A stretch of DNA of 64,000 nucleotides. Source: a virus. Positions within the stretch are counted from its first letter, which is position 1. Each line of letters opens with the position of its first letter. The stretch covers positions 1-64,000 of the IMG/VR virus record IMGVR_UViG_3300028581_003594; one strand, written 5' to 3'. The notes under the pieces are model-generated. The model made no database searches, was not told the DNA's origin, and saw only the letters and a list, made by a program, of their open reading frames with translations. This document shows positions 53,750 to 64,000 of the stretch, piece after piece. The translations under genes and the position numbers were made by a program.

Positions 53750-56700
53750 TTATTCAGGCGCATTTGTTGGTTCTCCTGCTATGAATCTAGCTTGGTTAGT
53801 TGTTGATTTTTGTAGTCCTTTTCCATCGGAAGCCGTGCCCGAGCCGGTTGTGTACCACACCCTGCCCCGCTTCTGTACCACTTTTACCTGCACTTTTGCA
53901 GCTGGCACGCTGGCCAGCACCACGTTGGCGGTGCTGCCATCCACTGTGAAGTTGGCTGTGCTGCCATCTTCGCTGATGTGTGGCAATCTCTTGCCGCCCA
54001 CGAACACGTCCAGCTCATTGGGAGTTGCCGCCGCTATGCTGGTGGGGAACTGGGCAGTGCTGCCATCGGACAGTGAGGTCTTGGTGAAAACTGTTTCCGC
54101 ATATGGCACTGTCTGTGATCCTGATGCGTCCACTACCTGTGTTCCTGATGTGTGTGTGCGTATGCCCGTGCCCAAAGTACCCCTGCGCAGTTGTGACAAT
54201 GTGTTGTTGTTCTTGATGAAATATTCTATCCTCTCCTTGTCTATGAAGATGACTCCCGGTACGGATCCTCCTGGGGGAGTGGCCAGTTTGCTTCCGTCCG
54301 CAACTGTGATTGAAGTTGCATCTTCCGTCAGCGCCGCCGCCAACGCAGTTGTGTCATCGGAACTGATCCTCTTGAAGAAGGTCCTGTTCAGCATGTCCTT
54401 GAATATCCTGAAACCTGTTGCCAACTTGGCGCTCTCCACCGCGAAGTACATCACGTCCACTCGGTCTGTGGCAGTGAGAGATATGCCACTTATTTTTAAT
54501 TTCTTGCCGTCGACGAAATAATTTGATCCAAACGTGAAATCATATCCCTGGGTCAATGCCTGTCCATTCAACCAAACGAACAAGTAGTCGCTGTTCATTG
54601 GCGTGTCCTGCAGCACGAACTCTCCGGTGCTGTTTCCTGCGAAAATTTCTCTTCTTTGATTCATCCCCAGTGCGTTGTTGAAAGTGGTTGTTGAGAATGT
54701 TGTGCCGGACGTCAGCGTGATGCCATCCGTGGCCAATTGCGCTGGCCTGAATATTATATCAGCGCCCTCGGTGTAGTAGTGGTTGTCCAACAGCACCGAC
54801 ACCGCCACGACATCTGTGCTGGCGGGGGCCGATACCAACTGCACCTGCTGCGTGCCAAGGTTCACTGTGTAGTCTGTGCCTAGATCTTTCTTGGTTCCAT
54901 TCACAAACACCTGTGCCTGAGTGGCGCTGGTGACAGCGTTGGCAGGATCTGTGCCCAGGCTGTAGGTCACGGTGCTGCCATCGCCCGCGTAGTATGTGTT
55001 GTCGGGTCCTCGTAATATCTTTCCACCAACTTCGATCATGGTCAGTCCAGAGAATGGACCTATGGATCCTGACGGATATGTCAGTGTGTACCTGTTGCCA
55101 CCGTCGTGAACTTTTTGTTCAGCTCTGATCTCTGCCTGTGCCCTGCCGCTGCCGGCTGGCTGATTGAATGCTGCTATCTGTATGGATTTTCCGATCGCTG
55201 GCGCGGTGTTGAATGTCAAAGTGATTAATTTATTAGCGGTTGTGTATGTGTAAGCCGTTGTGGGAACTCCGTCCACAGTGACGTAGAGCTGGCTCATAGC
55301 GCTGTCCAGCTGGAATGACTCTCTCGCCGCGGTGACGAAGGATGTTGTCGATCCATCTCCGATCAAGGTGTTTATCACGATGTAGTTGCTGCCTGACATG
55401 GCAAAGCTCTTGATGCTGATCTTGGCGTTGGCTGCTGGGGCGGCCAGCATAGTAATTGTCTTGGCGTCAACGTCAACCGTGTAATCAGTCGTTAATCTTT
55501 TGGTCTGACCATCTATCATCACTATCACTGATTCCAGTGTTCCTGGCATCTGTCCTATAGCGAAGGTCGTGGTTGATGCGTTGCCAATATAATTTTTCAT
55601 CATGATGAATGGAACTCCTGATTCTGGAGTGGTGTAGACCTTGATGTCCACTGTGTCAAACATGCTGCCTGGCAGGTTCTCTTCTGGGGCGTAGCTGGTC
55701 TCCGGCGTCACGAAGCCGTCACCCTCTAATATGATGTCACTTGGCGCTATGCCCACCGCGGATCCAAAAAGCCCGCCCGTGATTATGGAGTCCAATGTTT
55801 TGTCGTCTGTGGGTGTCAACACTCCATCATCATTGAACAATATGAACTGTATCTCATCGCCAGTTCCTGCCACTGCGCTGTCATCTGGGATGACCGTGAA
55901 TGTCTTGGTCGAACCATCTCCTCGGAACACCAATGATGTTTGCCTTACCCCGTTTATGTACACTGTGTAAACATCGGTAGCGCTTGGAGCGGTGGAGAAG
56001 GTGAAGCCCGTGGTGCTTCCGTCTCCATAGAAAGTTTGCACCCTGCTGAGTCCGTATGAGTCCCATGGATTGTCATACCATGGACTCCTGTCCCATCCTT
56101 GGCTGTTGTCAAATGCCAATCCGGTAACCATGACTCCACCGTAGTCCACGCCTGTCATTACTTGAGAAAGCTCATTGCCCGGCATGCCCGATATGGGATC
56201 ATACATACCCAGCGTCCTCTCGGCCGCGGTCAAGTATGGTTCATCACCTCGCAACTTGGTGAGATATGGCAAGCCGTCCTTGAATTCTGCTGTGCTAGTG
56301 AAGCCGCTGTTGACCTTGTAGAATCCCTGTTCGTACCTGATCAGGTCATTGAAAGCATAGTCACGATTGGCCTCCCAAAGCAGCACCGTGGCCGTGGACT
56401 GCACCCTATCAAATTTTATGGTTGTGTGAATGTCCCTCACCACATCGTTGGTCAGATTGGCATAGGCCCTGGCAAAGTTTGCCGGCGTGGTGCCCCCCGC
56501 TCCCCCACCCGTCAGCACCACCGTTGGGGTGGCTGTGTAGTTCGTGCCGGGAGTCAGCAACCTGATGCTGGTCACCGATCCGCCCTGTACTATCGCAGTG
56601 GCAGTGGCCTGCGTGTTGTCCGCCGTGGTGTAGACATCATAACCGGAAGGCCTGTCCGTGTTGGCAATGTTCTGCCCTGTCGTGGGCATGTGGAACTCCA

Positions 56701-59700
56701 GTCCGGGATACTCCACAAACGTGAATATTGTGCTGGTGCCCGTGCCGCCCGCGCTATCATCTGCCACCTGTGCGTCCAGGGCCGCGGTATACAATGGATA
56801 GTAGTATCCAGACTGCCCCGAAGTTGTGCCACTGTTGCTCTGTCCCAATACAGCAAATGGACCCACTGATTTGGTGGTTCCCCCAACCAGTGTCACTGTG
56901 GGCGCGGTCACATATCCGCTGCCGCCCTTGGTCACTGCTATGGAAGTCACATATTTCTTGTGATTGTCTCTCCAGAACCTGTATGGATATCTGGACATCA
57001 CTCCCACGTCCGCCACTGGGTCAACGTTCCTGGTATTGCTTCCGTCATAGAAAGCCGGCAGGTCGAAATCGGTTATGATACCATCTTGTGTGTCTGTGTT
57101 GCTGTATCCTAACTTATATTCCCGTATCTTGGTGTGGAAGGGCTTGACCTCATTGATGTAGTCTTCAACGAAATTCTCATTTCCGATGTTGTAGGTCTTC
57201 CTCTGGTCAAGTGGTCTCAGTCGGTTGGTCACGTTTATGAATGACGTGGTGCTCAACCAGTCCACGTAAAGCTGCTCCTCCAACACCTTCCTCAAACCTA
57301 TAAAAAATATGTTGTTGTATTCCACTGCCAGGTCGCCCACGAATATGTCGTCCCTCAGGGCCCGCAGCACATTGCGAGTCTCGGTGGTTGGCTCCTGGTC
57401 GAAGAAATTCTCGTCGAATGTGTCATCCGCGTTGTATCCGGTGTTGTCGATCGTGTAGTCATACAGAGCAGCGGAGATTTGTATGGTCCCGTTCTGCGTC
57501 GCCACGTTCCTCATCTCGTCGGTGGTCTTCTCGAACAACTTCCATCCGCCGGTGTCGGCCTTCAGCACTTTCACGATGTCGCCGATCTCCAGCGGCAGAG
57601 CATCCATCTCATATTGGAAGTTAACTTGCTTGTCGATCAACGTATTCTCGTCATAACCTTTGTCATACCAATCGGCCAGGCGATAATATTTGCTGGTGTT
57701 GTACGTCTGTACCTTGGTTCTGTTCCACTCCGGCGCATTCCATTGATATATCGCCCAGGATCCACGGCTGTTCTCTTCATCGCTGGCAACCAGCACGTTG
57801 ATGATACCGCTGATGTCTCTGGTGTCGATGTATGTAAGGTCCGCGTAGCTCTCCACCCTGCTGTCCCATTCTCCCGATGTGCTGGTGGGTTCGGGGTCCT
57901 TTGAATTTAAATTGTCATAACCAATGATGTCTGCCAATTGGTTGTTTTTCAATATGGTGTTGCTGTAGTCTATGATCTCTTTCAGCGCGGCGAACCTATC
58001 CAGGTACCAACTCTGCCTCGGCCTGATCCTGTTGCCATATCTTTGATTCAATGGAAGAGTGAGATCTGGAACTTCGTTGCCTATCAGATCCTTGCCCACC
58101 AAGCTGTCCCACCACTTGTTCTCCAGCAGGGCCTTTGGACGATCGTTTTTATCTCCTTGCTTGATGATGTTCCACACAGCGTGTGACTCATCGAGGTTGT
58201 CATTTTTCCTGTAGCTTACGTTCAGTATGGTGTTGTCATTGACCAGGCTGTTTTTGACATTATAGGTTATCAATGAGTTGTTGCCTGTCACAGCATAATA
58301 TTTTATTCCTGTGGATAATGGGTTCCTTATCACGTTGGCCACATAAGCGGCAGTGTTTTTCCTGTCCACCACTGCTTTGCCTTTTGGTGGGAGGAACACA
58401 GAGTTCCTGACCCAGAAGTAATAATAGTTCACGTAGCTGTCCGACACAGGATTATATTTTTGCTTGACTGTGAATACTGTGTTGTCCGGATGCAATGGCC
58501 TGCCCGACACGCCGATGGCCAGTCCTGGCGTGGTGTCAGACCTCTGGGAATATTCCGATGGCGCAAGTGTAGATTCCACCCACTCATAGATGTCCACTGA
58601 TGATCCAGGGAAGAGATTGCCCCAATTCTTTGTCTGATATTCCACATTCTGCTGCTCGTACCACAACCACCTTACTCTCCCCAAATCCCACCAAACTTCT
58701 CCCACATGCTCTTCTCCCCATGCTGTCTTGGCATTGAGCGTCTTGCCTCCCGTGGCTATGTTGTAAATTGCAGGATCCCATTCTGTCTTGTAATTTATTT
58801 CCCTGTCGGCAACTCCCAATATCCTGCCTTTGACGGGATCATAATAATCCAGATAGTCAATTATCTCATTCTTTGCCGAATCAAATATAAACACGGAATC
58901 TATACGGCTGTCGTCGATGAGGCTTGTTTCAGTTGACAACGCAGTCCATGCATAATTTCCCGGAGTGTTGAGGTCGAACACCGTCACAGTGCCGTCGTCA
59001 ACCCTATAGGTGCTGCCGTCCGTGGTCAACGTGTCGTCATCTGGTGATCCAACGAACACAGATGTGTCGGTGATGAATATGCCCCTGCCAAAGTCGTCAT
59101 TCTCGTTCACGCTGGTGGTCACTAATTTGTCGTCGATAACGTACTTGGTGTTGTATTTTGTCGCTGTGAACACTGCTCCAGATCCAATGTTGAGGTCAAC
59201 TATCAGCGTGTCTCCAAGATCGAACGTGGTTGAGTTGCTGTCAAATCTCATGGTCCTGCTGTTGCCAAATTTTTCTGCTCCTATCACTATTCTATTCTTC
59301 ATGCGATTGATCTGCACGGTGGATCCAAATCTTATGTTGCTGGCCGCTTCGGGGGCAGCTATGGTGTCTGACAGTGTGTAGGTATTTGTCGACCCATCTG
59401 CCTTCCATTTGTAGACGTACACTGCGCCGGCGTCGGTCTGCTCGCCCGCTTCGGTGCCCGGGGCGGAGATCACCAACAGTTCTCCGTCTATGCTCATGGA
59501 GATCGCCTCTCCAAAGGCGGTGTTCAACGTGCTGCCATCAGCGTTGACTCCCTTCAGCGTCTGGCGATGGGTGAATATGTGCTTGGTGCTGCCGTCCTCC
59601 ACGGTGCTGCCGTCATCGTTGACGCTGCTCCTGGTGAATATCTCCACCATGCCCGCCGATCCCGGGGACACGCTGCTGATGGCTATGATGTCCGCGTTTT

Positions 59701-62700
59701 CATTGACCGCCACGCGATGACCAAATCTCTTGCCGGATCCTGGCTCTGTGCTGAATATCGCTGAGTCTTGCCTCCACACCTGTATGGTGCTGTCTCCCAC
59801 ATCCTTTTGTAGGGTATGCACGTACACCACGCCGGAGTCTGAGCTCAGTCCTGGCGCCGAGGCGAAGAGGAACTTGGGCCTCGTGGACACCGTGCTGTTG
59901 TCCGAAGGTTCAGCTATGGCCACCGACCATCCATAATTCATGTTGACCAGCGTGCTGCTGTCGTCCGATGGTGGCAGCACAGTGTGTGACAGGTCGTACT
60001 GCTTGTTGGTGTTGTTCCATGCCCAAACTTTCACAATGCCCACGCCGTCCTGCCTGGTGCTGGTTGGTCCCAGCGTCCTGGTGTAAGGGGCACCGGCCGC
60101 TATGTAGTTCTCGTCTGTGCTGATGCACAGTGATTGGCCTAACCTTGACTCATCAGTATCGCCGTCCGCCATGGCGAAGGATGACACCACTGTGAACAAG
60201 TTGCCGGGCAGGTTCTCCTGCCTGAACAGGAAGTGCAGCGATCCCTGTCCTTGGTCCGGGGCCGCCACGCATATCATCCTGCTGTCGTTCCTGGCCACTA
60301 TGTTATAACCAAAATCCTGTTGGTTGTCCGCGTCCGGTGATGCCAATATTGTGCTGGTGTAGGGATCGGTCTTCTCGTATATCGTCCACCTGCCGTCGGG
60401 ATTGGTGTCGGCGAACACCCTGTCTCCGTTGACAAAATTGGTCTGGTCCACGTCTCTGTAGACATTGTAAGATATCCTGTCATTGACCTCATCCATGCTG
60501 GAGAACCTGACGCTGACCCATTTGTACACGTTGCCGTAGGTAACTAATGTGGACTCATCTATCCGCAGGTTCAGAGAGCTCACAACGCTTATGGCTCTGC
60601 TTTGATTGAAATTGAATATGACGGAGTTGGCGTTGGGCGTGCTGATAATCTTGAACACACCATTCAGTTGCGAGAACTGGCTGTTGAGTATCGCAAAATA
60701 TTCACCCACTTGGAAATTATGCGGATTTGTAAGTATCACTTCCACTTGGGTGGCGTTGTTTATCTGCCTCATGGCTATGATTCTCAGGCCAGTTGACGTC
60801 AATCGCAGCATGTCCCAATCATTATTTTCTTTTTTGGCCATCCAGACTAGGTCATTCTTGGTCACAGATGAAACGTTCAAATTTAATAGATCATTGATGT
60901 TAAAGGCCGTGTGGTCCGCATCGATCAACCTAGGATAGCCAGCAGTTTTGTATTTCTGCACGGAATCTTTGTCAATGCCGGGCTGAGAATAGTCAAACCT
61001 AGCAAAAGTATCGTCTGCCATGTACTCCAGGGGTTTGGAGAATAGCTGTGATTTTATGACCCTAGCTGATTTCTCCCAGTTCGATTGGTCGGCGATATCG
61101 TCTAATATTTCTATGCTCTGTATATTGCTGGTGAAGGTGTCACTCGGCATCCTTATTTGCACTGACTGTGCGTTGTCAACGTTGCCAAATTCTCCCGCAC
61201 GGATCATCCACTCGGGATAGACTTCCAGATCTATATCCTCTCCGTAGAACCTGCTCTTGACTAGCTTATCTATGGCGTTCAGCGTGCCCTTCTCACGGAT
61301 GAATCCCTGATAGAACTTGTATTGGCTTACATCGTTCTGGAATAGGTTGTCAAGATAATTTCTTGACTGATAACCTGTGAGATGCTGTGCCAATTTCTGC
61401 TGTCCTTCATCAAAATTATTGCTCTCCAAGTTGTAAAAATCATTGAACTGGGCGATCTTGTAATCAAAATTTGGTATTAGTTGCTGAGTCGGTTTGCTTT
61501 TTTTCTGCAGCCAGTTTACTGTTGCGAAAGTGTTTCCGGAATTATGATTTTTATTGGCCGTGAAAAATCTAGAGTTGTACTCCACTGTGTCACCTATTTG
61601 GTAGTCTGTGTTGGCCGTCCATAAGTTTACCTTGGCCTCATCAAAAACAAATCCGGGAGAGTAGTAGTCACCATTCCAGTCACCGGTCTTCCACCCGATC
61701 AATTTCAATCTCTGTTGCCTGAATCCTGTGGCCAGCTGCAGGATGATGTCTGAGAACACAGTGGCGTTGTCAAAAAGCAGCAGGTGTTCCTTCTGCACTG
61801 CGTTGATGGATATGTTGTATATGCCCGAGTCTGGAAACTTGCTTACTATCTCGAAAGTGGTGCCCACACGCTTGGTGCTGATGGATTTCTCCGGCATCGT
61901 TCGCCCCGAGGCGTCCAGCACAGTGTATTCACCTTGAAGATTTCTTAATTTGCCTACCACGCTGTCTCTGGTCACGAGGTTGAATCCTCCAGCGCCTGGG
62001 CTCAGCGTGATGGCCGATCCGGGAGCCCATCCCTGCCTGGTCCAATAGATAAACTCCTTGGCGGACGTTTCCCAGTTTGCCGTTTCCTCCAGCTCCTTGG
62101 AGAACCTGTCAAAAACAAATCCCTGCGATTCGAGATATTTTCCATATCCCGTCAAAAAATCCACCACGGACTGTATGTCCTTGAAAACCGTGCCATAAGT
62201 GATGATTTGTTCCACCTGGGAGAAATCTTTGTAAATCACTGCTCTGGCGCTGCCGGCCTCGATGTTGTAGCTGTTTCCATTCTTTAGAGGTTGAAAAATT
62301 TTGAAGTATGGTTTGATGGTATTGTATCCTATGATCTTGTAGCCACCCTCCAGAGTACTGCCGTCACCTGAGACAGCTGTGTTGGATTCAACCAACACTC
62401 CGGAATATTCAAAAGTGTTTATGGGATTGCTTACCCTGAACAGTATCTTATAGTTCTCGTCGGGTATAAATTGCGATCCCGCTGTGGATCCGGGACTCAC
62501 GCTGTCTGTCAGCACCCTCAGGTTCTGCTTGTCTGAGAATCCTCCCAGCTTGTATGACAGTTGCACGTTGAGGTCTTTCATCTTGTCATAGAAAAATACA
62601 GCGGGATCGAGATTACATTTGATTAGGTAATTTACTATCATTGGCTGGTATCCCGCCGTGATGTATCGTGTGGTGGATTGGGTCAGGGTGTCAACTGTTA

Positions 62701-64000
62701 CCTCTAAGTGATACTTGGCCTGTCGTGTGTTCTGGGCCACCAGCGTGTCCGTGTCTATGATGTTGCCCGCTTTGTTCTCACTTAATCTGCTGTTGTCAAG
62801 AAAAAGTCCAAAAAACTTTGCCGGCCTCGTAAGTGCCAGCAACTTCATCACCGCGAAAGGATATTGTGCGCTCGTCCTCCACGCGGTCTCCGCTGGAGCA
62901 TGATCACCAAACTTCCATGTCCTGTCAAGTCCGGCAGCCGCGTAGCTGTCTATAAGTCCGGTCTGCAAAGGTGACAGCAATTGTCCATTGGCATCAACCG
63001 GCAGATAATTCAAAAGTCCTGGCCTCACATATCTTGGGTTAGAAGTGTGCGAGCCGTGATCATATCCACTTGCAAGGTCATTCCATAACAGTTCATTTCC
63101 CGAGCTGTATGGTGCTGGACCGTAGTGCTCCACCCACCAAGCGGGTCTCTCGCTGTAGCCCAACATCTCCCATGGATGTGTGTGCGGCCTGTCGGTGTCA
63201 TAGAAATGTTTGTATATGCCCCTCCAATATCCAGGCAGATATTCTCCATTGATCGAGTCTTTGTTCCTGCTGTAGTTGAAAGTGAAAGCGTTGTTAGATT
63301 CGTATGTGTTATTTTTTTGATAGTCCACTCCGTTCCTACCAGCCCAAGAATAAAAATCGTGACCCATGATATCATTTATTTCCCTGATGGTGTAATCACC
63401 GGCAGTGAATCCCGATGGACTGACTTCTGATTTGGGCAATAGCTTGGCATCATATTGAGTCTTGCAGTTGTTGTATATCCTTTTCTCTAATTCCAGCAAC
63501 ACGTCGTCCCTGTAATCTCCATGCGCCAGTGTCCTGCTGCCGTCGTGCCCTACTATCACATATGCCGGTGACACATAAGTTTCGTCCAACACTTTTTCTG
63601 GCCTGTAACGAGGATACATGCCCAGTTTGGTTGGCGTAGGTGGGATGAAGCTGCCGGTAGTGTCATTGTAATCCTTGATCTGGATCACGTCACCTTCAGT
63701 CAATGTGGCGGTTATGTTGACGCTGTCATCTGCGTCACTGAACGTGTAGTCATAACCATTCAACAGCTGGACGCCATTGAGATACAAATACACCGCGCGG
63801 TTGCTGGGGATCGCGTCGTCAAATTGGCTGTCTATGGAATATTGAGTCTCGGTGCCGTCCTGCACCGTGTAGGTCCTGGTGCTGACTTTTTCTCCATGAC
63901 CAACCATGTCCTCATAGTAGAATGGAAAACTGGTGTTCTTCTGCTTGGTCATTATCCTCAATATCTCGTCCACCGCCTGCGCGGCGTCCTCGTATGGTTT
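53750..64000 (-). CDS. Giant (>3417 codon, 5'-partial) baseplate wedge/virion structural protein
   Basis: Frame is open to position 64000. FG-GAP-like propeller repeats (FG..(V/I)..(G/S)AP), GSGY..APTV modules and GDGST..F beta-sandwich repeats. Confidence 0.85.
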   Translation of the reverse strand, partial: KPYEDAAQAVDEILRIMTKQKNTSFPFYYEDMVGHGEKVSTRTYTVQDGTETQYSIDSQFDDAIPSNRAVYLYLNGVQLLNGYDYTFSDADDSVNITATLTEGDVIQIKDYNDTTGSFIPPTPTKLGMYPRYRPEKVLDETYVSPAYVIVGHDGSRTLAHGDYRDDVLLELEKRIYNNCKTQYDAKLLPKSEVSPSGFTAGDYTIREINDIMGHDFYSWAGRNGVDYQKNNTYESNNAFTFNYSRNKDSINGEYLPGYWRGIYKHFYDTDRPHTHPWEMLGYSERPAWWVEHYGPAPYSSGNELLWNDLASGYDHGSHTSNPRYVRPGLLNYLPVDANGQLLSPLQTGLIDSYAAAGLDRTWKFGDHAPAETAWRTSAQYPFAVMKLLALTRPAKFFGLFLDNSRLSENKAGNIIDTDTLVAQNTRQAKYHLEVTVDTLTQSTTRYITAGYQPMIVNYLIKCNLDPAVFFYDKMKDLNVQLSYKLGGFSDKQNLRVLTDSVSPGSTAGSQFIPDENYKILFRVSNPINTFEYSGVLVESNTAVSGDGSTLEGGYKIIGYNTIKPYFKIFQPLKNGNSYNIEAGSARAVIYKDFSQVEQIITYGTVFKDIQSVVDFLTGYGKYLESQGFVFDRFSKELEETANWETSAKEFIYWTRQGWAPGSAITLSPGAGGFNLVTRDSVVGKLRNLQGEYTVLDASGRTMPEKSISTKRVGTTFEIVSKFPDSGIYNISINAVQKEHLLLFDNATVFSDIILQLATGFRQQRLKLIGWKTGDWNGDYYSPGFVFDEAKVNLWTANTDYQIGDTVEYNSRFFTANKNHNSGNTFATVNWLQKKSKPTQQLIPNFDYKIAQFNDFYNLESNNFDEGQQKLAQHLTGYQSRNYLDNLFQNDVSQYKFYQGFIREKGTLNAIDKLVKSRFYGEDIDLEVYPEWMIRAGEFGNVDNAQSVQIRMPSDTFTSNIQSIEILDDIADQSNWEKSARVIKSQLFSKPLEYMADDTFARFDYSQPGIDKDSVQKYKTAGYPRLIDADHTAFNINDLLNLNVSSVTKNDLVWMAKKENNDWDMLRLTSTGLRIIAMRQINNATQVEVILTNPHNFQVGEYFAILNSQFSQLNGVFKIISTPNANSVIFNFNQSRAISVVSSLNLRIDESTLVTYGNVYKWVSVRFSSMDEVNDRISYNVYRDVDQTNFVNGDRVFADTNPDGRWTIYEKTDPYTSTILASPDADNQQDFGYNIVARNDSRMICVAAPDQGQGSLHFLFRQENLPGNLFTVVSSFAMADGDTDESRLGQSLCISTDENYIAAGAPYTRTLGPTSTRQDGVGIVKVWAWNNTNKQYDLSHTVLPPSDDSSTLVNMNYGWSVAIAEPSDNSTVSTRPKFLFASAPGLSSDSGVVYVHTLQKDVGDSTIQVWRQDSAIFSTEPGSGKRFGHRVAVNENADIIAISSVSPGSAGMVEIFTRSSVNDDGSTVEDGSTKHIFTHRQTLKGVNADGSTLNTAFGEAISMSIDGELLVISAPGTEAGEQTDAGAVYVYKWKADGSTNTYTLSDTIAAPEAASNIRFGSTVQINRMKNRIVIGAEKFGNSRTMRFDSNSTTFDLGDTLIVDLNIGSGAVFTATKYNTKYVIDDKLVTTSVNENDDFGRGIFITDTSVFVGSPDDDTLTTDGSTYRVDDGTVTVFDLNTPGNYAWTALSTETSLIDDSRIDSVFIFDSAKNEIIDYLDYYDPVKGRILGVADREINYKTEWDPAIYNIATGGKTLNAKTAWGEEHVGEVWWDLGRVRWLWYEQQNVEYQTKNWGNLFPGSSVDIYEWVESTLAPSEYSQRSDTTPGLAIGVSGRPLHPDNTVFTVKQKYNPVSDSYVNYYYFWVRNSVFLPPKGKAVVDRKNTAAYVANVIRNPLSTGIKYYAVTGNNSLITYNVKNSLVNDNTILNVSYRKNDNLDESHAVWNIIKQGDKNDRPKALLENKWWDSLVGKDLIGNEVPDLTLPLNQRYGNRIRPRQSWYLDRFAALKEIIDYSNTILKNNQLADIIGYDNLNSKDPEPTSTSGEWDSRVESYADLTYIDTRDISGIINVLVASDEENSRGSWAIYQWNAPEWNRTKVQTYNTSKYYRLADWYDKGYDENTLIDKQVNFQYEMDALPLEIGDIVKVLKADTGGWKLFEKTTDEMRNVATQNGTIQISAALYDYTIDNTGYNADDTFDENFFDQEPTTETRNVLRALRDDIFVGDLAVEYNNIFFIGLRKVLEEQLYVDWLSTTSFINVTNRLRPLDQRKTYNIGNENFVEDYINEVKPFHTKIREYKLGYSNTDTQDGIITDFDLPAFYDGSNTRNVDPVADVGVMSRYPYRFWRDNHKKYVTSIAVTKGGSGYVTAPTVTLVGGTTKSVGPFAVLGQSNSGTTSGQSGYYYPLYTAALDAQVADDSAGGTGTSTIFTFVEYPGLEFHMPTTGQNIANTDRPSGYDVYTTADNTQATATAIVQGGSVTSIRLLTPGTNYTATPTVVLTGGGAGGTTPANFARAYANLTNDVVRDIHTTIKFDRVQSTATVLLWEANRDYAFNDLIRYEQGFYKVNSGFTSTAEFKDGLPYLTKLRGDEPYLTAAERTLGMYDPISGMPGNELSQVMTGVDYGGVMVTGLAFDNSQGWDRSPWYDNPWDSYGLSRVQTFYGDGSTTGFTFSTAPSATDVYTVYINGVRQTSLVFRGDGSTKTFTVIPDDSAVAGTGDEIQFILFNDDGVLTPTDDKTLDSIITGGLFGSAVGIAPSDIILEGDGFVTPETSYAPEENLPGSMFDTVDIKVYTTPESGVPFIMMKNYIGNASTTTFAIGQMPGTLESVIVMIDGQTKRLTTDYTVDVDAKTITMLAAPAANAKISIKSFAMSGSNYIVINTLIGDGSTTSFVTAARESFQLDSAMSQLYVTVDGVPTTAYTYTTANKLITLTFNTAPAIGKSIQIAAFNQPAGSGRAQAEIRAEQKVHDGGNRYTLTYPSGSIGPFSGLTMIEVGGKILRGPDNTYYAGDGSTVTYSLGTDPANAVTSATQAQVFVNGTKKDLGTDYTVNLGTQQVQLVSAPASTDVVAVSVLLDNHYYTEGADIIFRPAQLATDGITLTSGTTFSTTTFNNALGMNQRREIFAGNSTGEFVLQDTPMNSDYLFVWLNGQALTQGYDFTFGSNYFVDGKKLKISGISLTATDRVDVMYFAVESAKLATGFRIFKDMLNRTFFKRISSDDTTALAAALTEDATSITVADGSKLATPPGGSVPGVIFIDKERIEYFIKNNNTLSQLRRGTLGTGIRTHTSGTQVVDASGSQTVPYAETVFTKTSLSDGSTAQFPTSIAAATPNELDVFVGGKRLPHISEDGSTANFTVDGSTANVVLASVPAAKVQVKVVQKRGRVWYTTGSGTASDGKGLQKSTTNQARFIAGEPTNAPE

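Noticed and set aside
51849-57904. Long antisense ORFs (e.g. 51849-52601, 53682-54521, 56099-56869; also 4801-5487 and 44187-44852)
   Set aside because: They are shadows of real genes caused by codon bias; they have no SD or promoter and no recognisable motifs.
1-64000. tRNA, rRNA, riboswitch (e.g. preQ1) or clear rho-independent terminators
   Set aside because: Intergenic gaps are short and AT-rich, and I could not see a cloverleaf, aptamer or GC hairpin with a U-tract. A tRNAscan/Infernal run would be needed to exclude them formally.

Overview
A 64 kb gene-dense fragment of a large, T4-related (myovirus-type) dsDNA bacteriophage. No tRNA, rRNA or CRISPR array is visible. The + strand arm (1-26682) carries putative protease-processed internal head proteins, a DsbA-like protein, a family B DNA polymerase, a SAM methyltransferase and a probable sliding clamp. 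It continues with an ~11 kb 7-deazaguanine locus (DpdA-like transglycosylase, QueD-paralog with the DpdL-type HRH motif, FolE, atypical QueE, YhhQ transporter, GuaC, purine PRTase) that also contains a GT-B glycosyltransferase and GalE. RNase H and a MoxR AAA+/vWA-metallopeptidase pair follow. From 25067 to 42543 there is a sugar-tailoring cluster: deacetylase, two epimerases, DegT aminotransferase, carbamoyltransferase, two SGNH-like proteins, five paralogous radical SAM enzymes and four glycosyltransferase-like genes. It directly abuts the - strand tail/baseplate genes (42595-64000), which include a 5'-truncated >3400 aa protein rich in DGST motifs. The top candidates for new biology are a possibly glycosylated 7-deazaguanine DNA modification, a radical-SAM-rich glycan pathway that may decorate the virion, and two homing endonuclease insertions that each rebuild a recoded 5' end of the gene they invaded. 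All product calls come from motif recognition by eye; no database searches were run.
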